From a virus (lineage: Duplodnaviria; Caudoviricetes), in IMG/VR virus record IMGVR_UViG_3300013121_000047, positions 121,442 through 185,441 of that record: DNA of 64,000 bases. One strand, written 5' to 3'. Below are positions 10,055 to 20,393 of the stretch, one piece after another. Both the position numbers and the translations under genes were made by a program. Within the stretch, counting starts at the first letter, position 1. Each line of letters begins with the position of its first letter. The notes under the pieces were generated by a model. It was given only the letters and a program-made list of their open reading frames with translations, was not told where the DNA came from and did not search any database.

Positions 10055-10687
10055 TTAAAATCTGACACCAGACCAAACCCGATTAAATTCTTTAATTTCT
10101 AATTCTGTTATTTCAGTTGCTGGAACAGAAGAAATTCGATTTATTTCATCAAATACACTTTGGTTTTCAAATGCATCAGTATAATCAAGTCCTGGGTTCA
10201 TTATTGAAATGCCGTGCACAATAGGAGAACAGTCGTTAATTTCTCCATCTCTTCTACAGATATGGCTTAATCCAAGCGCATGTCCGACTTCATGCATAAA
10301 AGTAGATTTAAATTCAGTTTCGGATGTTATACATGTTGGATAAAGAGTTATTACTCGCTGCGAGCGAAGGAAATCTCCAGCATAGCAATTTCTCGTGGAA
10401 GTTTGGTTTTGATCAATTAACACAATAACATCTCCACCAGAATCGACCAATTTTATCGTTGGGCCAATTCTGTTTAATTCTGGTAAAGTTTCTTCTACTA
10501 AACGACGGCGACCAACTTGCCCCCATGCCTCCCCATTTAAATTAATTTCAAAAACCCCATATTTGGTTTCGTTATGATTATTTGGTCTGGTTATATTATA
10601 AATTAAGGCAGATAAACCAGAAACCGCACCTAAAACTAATAAAGAGATTACGAAATATAGTAATGCTTTTTTTGCTGATTCTGTCAT
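10055..10687 (-). CDS. Membrane-anchored zinc metalloprotease (matrixin/metzincin-like)
   Basis: N-terminal hydrophobic helix, HEVGHALGLSH (HExxHxxGxxH) and SIMNP Met-turn. Confidence 0.8.
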   Translation of the reverse strand: MTESAKKALLYFVISLLVLGAVSGLSALIYNITRPNNHNETKYGVFEINLNGEAWGQVGRRRLVEETLPELNRIGPTIKLVDSGGDVIVLIDQNQTSTRNCYAGDFLRSQRVITLYPTCITSETEFKSTFMHEVGHALGLSHICRRDGEINDCSPIVHGISIMNPGLDYTDAFENQSVFDEINRISSVPATEITELEIKEFNRVWSGVRF

Positions 10688-10695
10688 ACTCTTAA

Positions 10696-11238
10696 TTAAA
10701 GAGTTATTTTTTTTATTTTAATTTTTTCGAATTCTCGCTTTGAAGGTTTTTCTGCTTGAGAGCCAATAAATCCATATGTTGAATACCCATAGCCTTCAAA
10801 ATAATATTTTTTTGAACTAAAATCTAAAATGTAATAATGTTTTATTTGAAAAAACATCATCTGAAACCAGTACTCTAAATTTAAATTATTTGAAAATAAT
10901 GACTTAAGACACCGTTTGAAACTATCTGTTGAAGACCTATCATAAAATGACTGTATTTCAAATGCTCCTTTTTCTTTTGCTCGATTTATATCAAATGTAT
11001 TAAAAAATATATCAAAAAAATTTGTGTATTCTTCGCCAAATATTTTTAAAATATCATCAAGCTCTTCTGATTTCGCAAAAAAATAATGTATTTTCACCTC
11101 TGCGGTGTAATCATGATGCCCTTTTAATACCACAATAGGTTTGTCTTTTTCAATAAAATCGTCAGAAATAGAGTATAGTAAATTTATAAATTGATTTCTG
11201 TAAAATCTTACAACATCTTCTGTTATCTTTTCTAGCAT
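10696..11238 (-). CDS. Hypothetical protein
   Basis: 180-aa ORF. Confidence 0.6.
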   Translation of the reverse strand: MLEKITEDVVRFYRNQFINLLYSISDDFIEKDKPIVVLKGHHDYTAEVKIHYFFAKSEELDDILKIFGEEYTNFFDIFFNTFDINRAKEKGAFEIQSFYDRSSTDSFKRCLKSLFSNNLNLEYWFQMMFFQIKHYYILDFSSKKYYFEGYGYSTYGFIGSQAEKPSKREFEKIKIKKITL

Positions 11239-11261
11239 GATATTTATCTTTTGAGTATATT

Positions 11262-11843
11262 ATGAAGCGCAGTTTTCGAATTTCAAAAAAAGAACTATTT
11301 GAATTTTTAAGAAGTATTAAGTTAAATGAAAATCAAATAACCGATCCAGTTTTGAAATCTTTTTATGAAGTTTTTCTGGAACTAAGAAGTTTTGTTGAAA
11401 ATGCAAATTATAGAGATCTTGGGACATTTTTAATTCAAACATATCGAAATGATCAAAATGTTAAAGTTTTTGGTGAAGAGGCTATAAAATTCGATACAGT
11501 TTTAGGTAATTTTCTCAAAACATTTTCCAAAATGTTTGGAACATATCGAGATGCTTTAGAAAATGGCAAATCTTTGGATAGCTTAAAAACACAAATAACT
11601 GAAATAATAGGAAAACTACAGCAATTATTAGCTGTACAGCAGCAAAAAAATTCTAAAATGTTTGGAGAATTACAAGAAAAAGTTCAGGCTCTCCCACAGG
11701 AAAATAAACAACAGTATTTGAATATTTTAACAAGATTTCAAAATTCAGTTAAACAAACATATAATTTTGTACAAAAGTTAAAGACAACAAACCTTGCAAG
11801 CGAACAACCGCAAGTTGCTAACCAACAAGTTCAAGCTTCATAA
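11262..11843 (+). CDS. Hypothetical helical Gln-rich protein
   Basis: 193-aa ORF with TATTTA upstream. Confidence 0.65.
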   Translation: MKRSFRISKKELFEFLRSIKLNENQITDPVLKSFYEVFLELRSFVENANYRDLGTFLIQTYRNDQNVKVFGEEAIKFDTVLGNFLKTFSKMFGTYRDALENGKSLDSLKTQITEIIGKLQQLLAVQQQKNSKMFGELQEKVQALPQENKQQYLNILTRFQNSVKQTYNFVQKLKTTNLASEQPQVANQQVQAS

Positions 11844-12171
11844 TCTCTGATTCTAAAATATCAAATTTATGAATATAAGGCTTGCCAGATTTAGTATCAA
11901 ATCCTTTTCTTGAAAAAGAATAGATTTTTTCAAATGGGTTAATTATTAACCCATTTTTTCTTTGATTTATTGCAATTAAATCACCTGAGAAAAATTTTAT
12001 CGTTTTGTCTATTTCAGACAGTCTACGATTATCTACTGATAATGCCCAATATACTCTATAAGTTAGACCAATTTCAAGAGTATTATTTGACTTGTTTTTT
12101 TCGACCAATTTTATTGTTTTTTTCGAAAATACCAAATAATATAATATTTTTAGCCAACTAAATAATTTCAT
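11818..12171 (-). CDS. Hypothetical protein
   Basis: 117-aa ORF in operon. Confidence 0.55.
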   Translation of the reverse strand: MKLFSWLKILYYLVFSKKTIKLVEKNKSNNTLEIGLTYRVYWALSVDNRRLSEIDKTIKFFSGDLIAINQRKNGLIINPFEKIYSFSRKGFDTKSGKPYIHKFDILESEIMKLELVG

Positions 12172-12188
12172 ATTGAATTTATTTTATG

Positions 12189-12665
12189 TTAAGGTTTCCA
12201 ATATGTTCCAAAAACACCATCAAAAAATGGGTAAACTACATTAAAAGAGTGTTCTTGATTTCCTTTTTGGTGATGTTCTACATGCCAAGGAATCCATTTT
12301 ATAGCCCAAGTTTGATCTAAATGAGATCTCATGTGAACAAAATAATAAAGAAAACCATAAAGAATAACACCTAGTGATACACTTGGAAATTTGTTTCCAA
12401 AAATTTTATAGATTGCACCCATTGCAGATGCCAAAGTTAAAAACTCTGGTGTAGAAAAAATATATTTCCAACCCATTTGGTAATCTGGATCTACCATATC
12501 TTTTCGGCATTGTTTATGGTGCTTATACCAATGAAAATTCCACATCGAATCTTTTTTCTTTCCTAGTCCGTGAAGAATATGTTTATGGAAATTCCATTCA
12601 ATAAAATTTCCAATTACCATTCCTGTTGTTATTTTAACCGCTTTTTTTATTAGAGATAAAAACAT
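12189..12665 (-). CDS. Fatty-acid hydroxylase/sterol desaturase family membrane protein
   Basis: His boxes HKHILH, HWYKHH, HMRSH, HVEHH; FNVVYPFFDGVFGT. Confidence 0.8.
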   Translation of the reverse strand: MFLSLIKKAVKITTGMVIGNFIEWNFHKHILHGLGKKKDSMWNFHWYKHHKQCRKDMVDPDYQMGWKYIFSTPEFLTLASAMGAIYKIFGNKFPSVSLGVILYGFLYYFVHMRSHLDQTWAIKWIPWHVEHHQKGNQEHSFNVVYPFFDGVFGTYWKP

Positions 12666-12677
12666 GATTCCCTTTCT

Positions 12678-12875
12678 TTAAAGTTTTTCGCATTGGAGCG
12701 GATGTTGTATATTATGGGCAATATCGTAATCCCAAACTAGATGCCAATCTTTAAGGCATTCATCGTAAGACGAATGGCATCTAAATTCCCGACGAGTTCC
12801 AACAAAACACCAAATATCCTGTGTCGAATAACAACCTACTAAAAACAACAGCACCAAAACTAAAATTTTTTTCAT
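12678..12875 (-). CDS. Small putative lipoprotein
   Basis: MKK, hydrophobic stretch, LVGC lipobox; additional Cys residues. Confidence 0.55.
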   Translation of the reverse strand: MKKILVLVLLFLVGCYSTQDIWCFVGTRREFRCHSSYDECLKDWHLVWDYDIAHNIQHPLQCEKL

Positions 12876-12901
12876 ATGTTAGTAACTACTAAAATTCTTT
12901 T

Positions 12902-13474
12902 TTAACCATCTTCTAAATCAAAAATTTTTTGTAGTAAAAACATTAAACAAAATGCATGTCCAAATTTCTTATTTGGATTTTCTATTATTTGAGAATTTGA
13001 TAAACCCGTGTGATCATATGCATCAAAATCTAAAAGGCAAACATTTTTATGTTCATTTACAAAATCAACAAGTTGTTCAAACGCTTTAGATAGAATTACT
13101 GCATTTGAATATAGTGGAATATAGACTTCTTTTTTACCCTCAATATAATCTAGGCGTTTATTTCCAAAGAGTAAAAAACATGGAATATTATCTTTGCCAA
13201 GCGGATATCTTAATGCTTGTTTTGTATGGTACACAGATCTTCTCCATTCAAAATATTCTGATTTAATTTGATTATTTTCATCTAAATGGCAAGGGTAAAC
13301 CTTAGATCCTTGATAGCCATTTTCAACATTTGTAGCAGTTTCTCCATTGATTTCTACTGGTCCATTGAAAAATGGAGAAAGTCCTTTTCCAAAGTCAGTA
13401 GAACGACTTGTGGTGTTTATTGACACAAACCCTTCTGGAATTGTATCCCAGATTTTACGGACTATTATTTTCAT
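12902..13474 (-). CDS. Conserved hypothetical protein (DUF6939-like)
   Basis: LSPFFNGPV...NVENGYQGSKVY...LDYIEGKKEVYIPLY...GHA pattern, recalled from memory. Confidence 0.55.
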   Translation of the reverse strand: MKIIVRKIWDTIPEGFVSINTTSRSTDFGKGLSPFFNGPVEINGETATNVENGYQGSKVYPCHLDENNQIKSEYFEWRRSVYHTKQALRYPLGKDNIPCFLLFGNKRLDYIEGKKEVYIPLYSNAVILSKAFEQLVDFVNEHKNVCLLDFDAYDHTGLSNSQIIENPNKKFGHAFCLMFLLQKIFDLEDG

Positions 13475-13965
13475 TATTCTTTTCCATGTAGTTGTTTCAT
13501 AGTCACAAATCCAATAATTTGAGGTAATTCAAGTTCAGGTTTATGTATATCTAAGTTTTCTGTTTGTATTATACTGCAAAATTTGTTCCAAGACTCTTGT
13601 GTTGAAAAATATTTGTATTCTGGATTAGTTGGTTCGATCCTTGTTCCATTTATATAACGGCAATGAGTTCCCGCCATTGATTCTAAAAGAGAGATATGTT
13701 TATCTACTCTTTCCCATTGCTCTTTTTTTAAATCGAAAATTATATATCCTCTATTTCCATTTTGATGCTCTTCACAAAAAAAGAAATAGCGAGCGCCTGA
13801 AACGGAATTAAGAGCAATTCCAGAACGAGGACCGTCATAAAATCCCAATCCATAAGAAATAATATAAGATTCTTTTAATTTATGAATTTTTTTTCGTCTT
13901 AGTCTTCCATTTTGATCTATCCAAGATACAAACATAATTTTTCTATAACTGAAACTTAATCCCAT
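13474..13965 (-). CDS. Hypothetical protein
   Basis: 163-aa ORF, translationally coupled. Confidence 0.6.
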   Translation of the reverse strand: MGLSFSYRKIMFVSWIDQNGRLRRKKIHKLKESYIISYGLGFYDGPRSGIALNSVSGARYFFFCEEHQNGNRGYIIFDLKKEQWERVDKHISLLESMAGTHCRYINGTRIEPTNPEYKYFSTQESWNKFCSIIQTENLDIHKPELELPQIIGFVTMKQLHGKE

Positions 13966-13967
13966 TC

Positions 13968-16151
13968 TTATTCTTCTTCTTCTTTTGATATTTCTTTTTT
14001 CATATATTCTTTAAATTCAAAGATTGTGATTGGTATCATTGTTTCAAGAATAGGAATTAAACTATTTAAAATTCTATAAAAAGTTACTTGAATTTCTCTT
14101 CTATCAAGAGAATTTGCATCTTTTTCGTATAAGATTTTTTTCGATTTTTCAATGTAGTCAGACGATAAATTATCAAAATAAATCATTAATTTTTTGTAAA
14201 ATTGATTAAACTCGAATTTTTCGAATTTATCTACATATTCCTTATGAATATCAAGAAGTTTTTCTATTTCATCTTTGTTTGGGTCAATATTTATATTTTT
14301 TGGCATATCATAAAGATTACTTAGCAAATATTTTAAAGTATTTCTGATTTTTCTATAATTTTGGCCCTGTTGCTCAAGCAATTCTTTTCCTATTGAAACA
14401 TCTTCGCCAACTTCTTGCGAAATTGCCCAAAGTCTTAAAATGTCAATTCCATTCTGATTTACTACTACCAATGGATCTACAACATTGCCTTCTGATTTTG
14501 ACATCTTTCTTTTATTTTCATCTAAAACAAATCCGTGAGAAACAACATTTTTTAAACAAGTTTCACCTTCAAGTAAGCACGATAATATATGTGAAGACTG
14601 AAACCATCCTCTGTGTTGGTCGCTTCCCTCAATAACAAAATCTGATTTTAGTTTTGGTAAGGTTTTATAAGTTAAACCAGAATCAAACCACACATCTAAA
14701 ATATCTTGATACTTTTTAGTATTTTGTGAATTGCATTCAGAACATGTTGGTTTATATAACTCATTGTACCATTCTTTAACTGAAGATACGTTAAGATCAA
14801 ACAAGTTTTTAGTATTACATGAGAAACACTCATATTGTGGAATAGGAACACCCCAAGCTCTTTGTCTTGAAATGCACCATTCTGTTCTTGAATTTAAGAA
14901 TGACTTAAATCTTGTTTTCGATTTTTTCGGAAAAAACTTAATTTTTTCTGCTTCTTCAAGAATTAAATTCTGTTTAAGTTTGTAATCAATAAAAACTTGT
15001 GATGTTGCATGTTGAATAAGTTCATTCTTACAACGCCAACAGTGAGGATATTCGTGTTCTATTTGCTCTTCTTTATAAAGATTATTTAGTCTATCTAATT
15101 CTTCAATGAAAGTTTTATTTGCTTTTTTATAAAAAAGATCCTCAATTTTACCATTTTCATCTGTATAAGATTCAACTAAAGAATTTGGATATTCTTCTAT
15201 GTATGCTACATAGTCTTCTTTTCCGCAGGACGGTGCAATATGCACAAAACCTGTACCAACATTTTCTGAAACATAATCCGCATGAAAAAGTGGATAAGAT
15301 TTATCTGAATGTTTAAATGTGTCGTAATATAATTGTTTAACTATTTCTTCTGATGAGATAATATTCATTGGCTCAATAACGTTTAAAACGTTACGAGCAA
15401 ACCATTTAGAAACAATGACATTTTTTCGCAAATCTTTTATTTTCAAAGAAGTATAAACATATTCAATATTTTTATTGAAAGCAATTGCTCGATTTCCTTT
15501 AAGAGTCCAAGGAGTAGTTGTCCAAATTAAAAAATTAAGATTAGGATCATTTGCCAACGGATATAAAACATAACATGAGTTTGATGTGATTTTTTTATAA
15601 TCTAATTCAGATTCAGCTAAAGATGTTTTACAACTATAACACCAATGAACTGGTTTAAAAGCTGTTTTAATAAAACCTTTTTTTACCAAAGTTTGAAACG
15701 CAGACAGTTCGTTATCCTCAAATGAGGAATCCATTGTCTTATAAAAATCCTTTATAAAAATTCCAAGTTTTTCAAACTGTTCTTTTTGATTTTTTATTTG
15801 ATTTTCCGCATAATGTCTAAATTTTTCTAATCCAGAACGCTCTTCTTTTAATTTATTGGCTGCTAATTCAATTGGTAGACCGTGGCAATCCCATCCACAT
15901 TTATAGTGGATGTTTTTCTTTTGAAAGATTGTAAATCTATAGAAAATATCTTTTAAAATTTTATTATATGCGTGGCCTACATGAATATTTCCGTTTGCAT
16001 ATGGGGGACCATCATGTAAAACTACATTGTAGTAATCCATTGGAAGATTTGTTGAAATCCAAGGATTTATTGCTAAAACTTTCTTTTGCAATTCTGGCAA
16101 ATTAGCCCTCATAGGAAAATTAGTTTTAGGCAGATTGGTTTTACTTGTCAT
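13968..16151 (-). CDS. ileS: Isoleucyl-tRNA synthetase (type 1-like, C-terminally shortened)
   Basis: HDGPPYANGNIHVGH, GWDCHGLPIE, WTTTPWTL, WCISRQRAWGVPIP, EGSDQHRGWFQS, KMSKS. Confidence 0.95.
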   Translation of the reverse strand: MTSKTNLPKTNFPMRANLPELQKKVLAINPWISTNLPMDYYNVVLHDGPPYANGNIHVGHAYNKILKDIFYRFTIFQKKNIHYKCGWDCHGLPIELAANKLKEERSGLEKFRHYAENQIKNQKEQFEKLGIFIKDFYKTMDSSFEDNELSAFQTLVKKGFIKTAFKPVHWCYSCKTSLAESELDYKKITSNSCYVLYPLANDPNLNFLIWTTTPWTLKGNRAIAFNKNIEYVYTSLKIKDLRKNVIVSKWFARNVLNVIEPMNIISSEEIVKQLYYDTFKHSDKSYPLFHADYVSENVGTGFVHIAPSCGKEDYVAYIEEYPNSLVESYTDENGKIEDLFYKKANKTFIEELDRLNNLYKEEQIEHEYPHCWRCKNELIQHATSQVFIDYKLKQNLILEEAEKIKFFPKKSKTRFKSFLNSRTEWCISRQRAWGVPIPQYECFSCNTKNLFDLNVSSVKEWYNELYKPTCSECNSQNTKKYQDILDVWFDSGLTYKTLPKLKSDFVIEGSDQHRGWFQSSHILSCLLEGETCLKNVVSHGFVLDENKRKMSKSEGNVVDPLVVVNQNGIDILRLWAISQEVGEDVSIGKELLEQQGQNYRKIRNTLKYLLSNLYDMPKNINIDPNKDEIEKLLDIHKEYVDKFEKFEFNQFYKKLMIYFDNLSSDYIEKSKKILYEKDANSLDRREIQVTFYRILNSLIPILETMIPITIFEFKEYMKKEISKEEEE

Positions 16152-16216
16152 TTTTTCTCCGTATTCGATTTAGTACACGGTTAACAGGAGAATAATCGTC
16201 ACTCTGCATTTTCGTG

Positions 16217-16615
16217 TCAAGAGGAAATTTCTAAACCAAAGAGCTCAGATAAATGCCGACTCTGTTCTTCTGGATTTTCTTTATATTGTTCAATAATCGC
16301 TCTAAGCTCTTGTTTTTTCTGTTCAGAAATTTTTTCTATTTCAACTGCGTGTTTTTCTTTTAATTCTTGTAACATAGCTTGATAGCGGGTTTCAATTTCC
16401 TGTTGTTTTTTTTGTTGTTCAAGTTCTATTTTCTTTAATTTTTCTAGTTCTTCTTCTCTCGATTTTAATCTACCATTAAGTAATTCAATTAATTCGTAAG
16501 CTTTTTTTTCTTTAAAAAACATAAAGCAAACTAAAATTGCTAATCCAATAGCGACCAAAATAATATATGTATATGCGGATTTAAAAAAATTTATAAATTT
16601 TTCCTTAAAAGACAT
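16217..16615 (-). CDS. Membrane-anchored coiled-coil protein (spanin-like architecture)
   Basis: Single TM helix followed by a charged coiled coil. Confidence 0.55.
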   Translation of the reverse strand: MSFKEKFINFFKSAYTYIILVAIGLAILVCFMFFKEKKAYELIELLNGRLKSREEELEKLKKIELEQQKKQQEIETRYQAMLQELKEKHAVEIEKISEQKKQELRAIIEQYKENPEEQSRHLSELFGLEISS

Positions 16616-16617
16616 TT

Positions 16618-16836
16618 TTAATTTTCATAACTCCCTTTTTTTGAAGATGGTAAAGACAAAAGGTTTTCAACCTTTTCTTGTTTTTCAACTTCTTGCAACA
16701 CTTCGCCAGTTAAAATACTTAACGCATCATTCATTTGGTCTATTATAGATAAATAATTTAAATTTATTTCTTCTAAATCGGCTATTTTTTTATCTAATCT
16801 TGTTATAGATCTTAACACCGTATCGAGTTTATCCAT
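16618..16836 (-). CDS. Small coiled-coil hypothetical protein (probable start 16836)
   Basis: The MDKLDTVLRS start avoids a 160-nt overlap with the upstream ORF. Confidence 0.5.
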   Translation of the reverse strand: MDKLDTVLRSITRLDKKIADLEEINLNYLSIIDQMNDALSILTGEVLQEVEKQEKVENLLSLPSSKKGSYEN

Positions 16837-16855
16837 CAAAATTTGATTTTCAAAT

Positions 16856-17311
16856 TTACTCAATGTCTTCTTTAGACTTGAACTTCGAGATAATTTCGAT
16901 ATATTTTTGGTAGTTGTTTTGCTCGGAGATGACTTCTTCGCTGTTTTGGTTTTCTTCGCTGAGCTTTTTTTCTTCATCATCACTGTTATAATAGTCTTTC
17001 CTATTCTTAAATGCATCAGAAGAATTTAATATTGAGTAAATATTTTTTTTATTTTTGTTTAAAGAATCTAAAATAGGTAAACTATCGGTGGTTTGTAACA
17101 ACCTAATCTCTTTTAAAATTAAGTCGTATATATTTTTATACTTTTCGTTATGTTCAACCATGTAAGATAAAAAGCTAAAAAATTCCTTCATTGAAATACC
17201 TTCCCGAAAAAGAATTTTTTTAACTTGGATCAAGTTCTCCAATGAAAATTCCAGTTTAATACTCCAACGTTGAGAAACATCTACCAAAGATTCAATAACT
17301 GTTTTTTTCAT
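16856..17311 (-). CDS. Hypothetical protein
   Basis: 151-aa ORF. Confidence 0.6.
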   Translation of the reverse strand: MKKTVIESLVDVSQRWSIKLEFSLENLIQVKKILFREGISMKEFFSFLSYMVEHNEKYKNIYDLILKEIRLLQTTDSLPILDSLNKNKKNIYSILNSSDAFKNRKDYYNSDDEEKKLSEENQNSEEVISEQNNYQKYIEIISKFKSKEDIE

Positions 17312-17320
17312 TTTGTAAAA

Positions 17321-18031
17321 TTATATACCGCCAGTTTCTCCTCCACCAATTCCTCCACCACCACTAGGAATAGAACCGCCATCTGCAAGATTTCCAACAG
17401 CAGAAAAATAAGAAGAACCTATTTGAGTTGAGCGCATTGTTTTCGAATTTGGTGTCAATTGGTAATATTTGTTTAGTGTTATCATGCATTCTTTGGCAGT
17501 TTGTTCATTATAATTTTTTAATAAATAAACATAAACACGATTTAAGATAACCGTTTTAGGATCAAGCATTACATCATAATTTCCAACAAGTCTAGCAACG
17601 TTTGCTGCAAATTTCTGAATATTTAACATGGTTTCTGGAATTTCTGGTTGCGGGGGAGCAGAATTTTCTTCGCTATCGCCACCAGAGGGAGAACTATCTT
17701 TACCTAAATCCAAACCTCCGCCAGCTGAATCATCGCCGCCAACTTCTCCGCCCAAATCTAATTCAGGATCTTTTTCGTCTGCCTCAAAAATAGCTCGAAT
17801 TAGTTTATATTCTTTTAATTGAGCTATGGCGTTTGGAATAGAAGGTCTTGGTGTATTATCCAACCCAGCAAACATTTGTGATTGTGGAATTGCTTCTCGT
17901 TCGTATTGAATAAGATATCTGTCCACTTTTTGATCTAAAGACATATCTTGTGGAAGAGTTGAAGCCTTTGTAGAAACAACAGGAATAGTTTGAACGTCTT
18001 TTTTCTTTTCTTCTTTAAGTTTCGTTTTCAT
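17321..18031 (-). CDS. Acidic, Gly-rich hypothetical protein
   Basis: 236-aa ORF with low-complexity G/D/E/P linker. Confidence 0.7.
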   Translation of the reverse strand: MKTKLKEEKKKDVQTIPVVSTKASTLPQDMSLDQKVDRYLIQYEREAIPQSQMFAGLDNTPRPSIPNAIAQLKEYKLIRAIFEADEKDPELDLGGEVGGDDSAGGGLDLGKDSSPSGGDSEENSAPPQPEIPETMLNIQKFAANVARLVGNYDVMLDPKTVILNRVYVYLLKNYNEQTAKECMITLNKYYQLTPNSKTMRSTQIGSSYFSAVGNLADGGSIPSGGGGIGGGETGGI

Positions 18032-18035
18032 TATT

Positions 18036-18950
18036 TTATTTTTTTTTACTTTCTTTTATTGAAACCAAAGGTGGTTGTGTGGTTGTCATTGGAGGCAATG
18101 TTGGGGTAATTCCTGGCATTGCTGGGACAGGTTCTATTGGCATTTTATTTATAGGTTCACTTGTTCCGACCAATGAACTTATGTCGGATGTTTGCACTGG
18201 ACGAATGCTGTAAAGCTGATCTAAATTTGCCCTTTCTGCAATCATCATTCTTTGTTCTATCACAGACCAATTCAACTCTTGAAGCATTCCATTTAAATAA
18301 CCTTTTTTGTCTCCACTATAATCTTTAAACCAAGCATGATGAAAAGTATCAACTGCAATAACTGGAATTCCCATAACAGGAATGTTTTCTGAATGTTTTT
18401 CCACAACACAGTTTGCGTATTTTTTAGAATACGGGTCATAGTAACAAATTGCCCAACCTTCAAGAGCAACCATTCCACAAGATCTAAAATCTAATTGCCA
18501 TTGTTCAAATGTTCCAAAATCTTTGGATAATCTAATAAACGGAAGGCTGTCTGCTCTTATTTGAGAATTTAAATCAGAAATATTAGAAAAATAAAGTTCA
18601 TGTAACTTAACTCCATTAAAATTGGATTGCTCATCAAGTTTAAGGCGTCTAAATTCAGAATTTGTAGGATTCAATGAATCCATAACTTTATTGACCGTAT
18701 CTATTTTTGGACTAATTTGGTTAAGCGATTCAATGTAATTTCTATACAAGGAAAAGTGATTATCTTTTGTGAATGCGCTTAATTTCTCTGTTTTAAGAAT
18801 AAAAGGTTTTGCAATCAAATAAACCGCTTCGGAAATAAAAGTTTTCGCTTCCGCAATTATTTTGTTTGCTGATTTACTTTCAGCAGGCAGCATTTCCTTT
18901 ATTTTTTGTTTAAGTTTATTTCTAGTTTTTTCATCAATAAAATCATTCAT
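18036..18950 (-). CDS. Fe/Mn superoxide dismutase-like protein
   Basis: NHFSLY, NGVKLHELYF, DFGTFEQW, GWAI, PVIAVDTFHHAWFKDY (variant of DxWEHAYY). Confidence 0.75.
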   Translation of the reverse strand: MNDFIDEKTRNKLKQKIKEMLPAESKSANKIIAEAKTFISEAVYLIAKPFILKTEKLSAFTKDNHFSLYRNYIESLNQISPKIDTVNKVMDSLNPTNSEFRRLKLDEQSNFNGVKLHELYFSNISDLNSQIRADSLPFIRLSKDFGTFEQWQLDFRSCGMVALEGWAICYYDPYSKKYANCVVEKHSENIPVMGIPVIAVDTFHHAWFKDYSGDKKGYLNGMLQELNWSVIEQRMMIAERANLDQLYSIRPVQTSDISSLVGTSEPINKMPIEPVPAMPGITPTLPPMTTTQPPLVSIKESKKK

Positions 18951-18987
18951 AACAACTTTTAATTATATAGTTTTTTGAAAGAAAAGA

Positions 18988-20361
18988 TTAGTTCTTTTCA
19001 GATTCTTCTTCAATTTCTTTTAAAAGAAATCCACCGTGGCCTGTTGCTAATTTATTTCCAAAATAACTTTTTTTAGCACTAAAATCAATCTCATTATTTT
19101 CAACAGTGTTAATTTCAACACCTAAGACTTGGAAGTCTCCTAATTTATTTGTTGTTGATACTAGTCTTGCTTGGATAAAATTTACTGTTTCTAAAACAAT
19201 TTTAGTCGCATCTTTAAACCACTTTGTCTGGTTGAGCAGCTCGTAAACTTTTAGTGCAAATTTGTTTAAACTTTCTATTTTCTGTTCGAAACTAAAATTT
19301 GGCGAACTTAAACTTGCTGTAAGATTATCTATCTGAACAGGATCGATATTTAATTTTTTTGCAATTAAAATTAAATTTCTATAAGTTTTTCTTTTTGTTA
19401 AACTTAATATCGAAGTAGTATCTTCAGTATCTTCTGAAGAATTTCCAAGTAAAATATTTAAAAGTTTTTCGAAAAGTTCAAAATTTTCAATCTTTTTTTC
19501 AAAAAGAGACCTTTTTTCAGAAATAAGTTTGGCAATAAATGCTATAGAACCATAAGCTCCATGCTTACTTTTATTGCCTCCTTGTTTTACACTTATCAAG
19601 TAAGTTTTACCTGTATCCAAATCTTTTATTTCTGCATCGTAACCAATTTGATTGGACTTTGATCCAATGTTTACAACAGGTTTTGAAAATTGGATATCGG
19701 TTCTATTCAATGCAATCATTAAAGGAACTATAAATTCAGAAACATAGATATTTATTTCTTTTCCAAAAATTGCGCCATTTGGAATAGTAATTGAATTGTT
19801 TTTTAATAACCCAGACAATATCTTCATTATAACAATTCCAAACTTACTCTTATCTGTTTTAGCTTTTTTTAATAATAATTGATATATCTTATTCGGATCT
19901 TGAAAACGGTCATTTTCAATCAGCATTTTTGTGTCTGAAAATAAATTTGTAAAATCGAACTTTGCTGGTTGATACAACGCTTGTCCTGCTAATGCTGATT
20001 TGAGCCTTGGATTTATTCCAAATGTAAAATCAAAATCTTCTTTAAAAGATATTCCTCCCCAAGCTGGGATATCATTTTTTGAGTTTAGTTCTCGATCAAA
20101 AAATCTTACAAGATTGTATCTTTGCTTTGTTTTATTTCTTGTTAGTTGAACAAATACTGCACTTTTTATTCGTTCTTTTGACTTAAAATTAACTCTATTT
20201 GCTATCTTGAAGTCACCACCTAGCAGATCGTCTAACTCTAGCTTTATTTCATCATATGAACCATTGAAAATTTTAATATCAGTCAGAGAATAAATTATTT
20301 GTTTATTTTTTTCATCGACGAATAGTTCTCCAATTTTTCTATTTTTTATTCCTTGAGCCAT
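18988..20361 (-). CDS. Hypothetical protein, possible restriction-endonuclease-like fold
   Basis: 457 aa; weak GYD...ISVKQG motif. Confidence 0.55.
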   Translation of the reverse strand: MAQGIKNRKIGELFVDEKNKQIIYSLTDIKIFNGSYDEIKLELDDLLGGDFKIANRVNFKSKERIKSAVFVQLTRNKTKQRYNLVRFFDRELNSKNDIPAWGGISFKEDFDFTFGINPRLKSALAGQALYQPAKFDFTNLFSDTKMLIENDRFQDPNKIYQLLLKKAKTDKSKFGIVIMKILSGLLKNNSITIPNGAIFGKEINIYVSEFIVPLMIALNRTDIQFSKPVVNIGSKSNQIGYDAEIKDLDTGKTYLISVKQGGNKSKHGAYGSIAFIAKLISEKRSLFEKKIENFELFEKLLNILLGNSSEDTEDTTSILSLTKRKTYRNLILIAKKLNIDPVQIDNLTASLSSPNFSFEQKIESLNKFALKVYELLNQTKWFKDATKIVLETVNFIQARLVSTTNKLGDFQVLGVEINTVENNEIDFSAKKSYFGNKLATGHGGFLLKEIEEESEKN

Positions 20362-20393
20362 TGCTGTTATTATAACTAGATTCTAAATAAATA

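Noticed and set aside
16837-17016. Histone-like Lys-rich N-terminus (MMKKKSSAKKTKTAKK) of ORF 16618-17016
   Set aside because: It is the alternative frame of the GAA-rich acidic tail of ORF 16856-17311; a start at 16836 removes the overlap.
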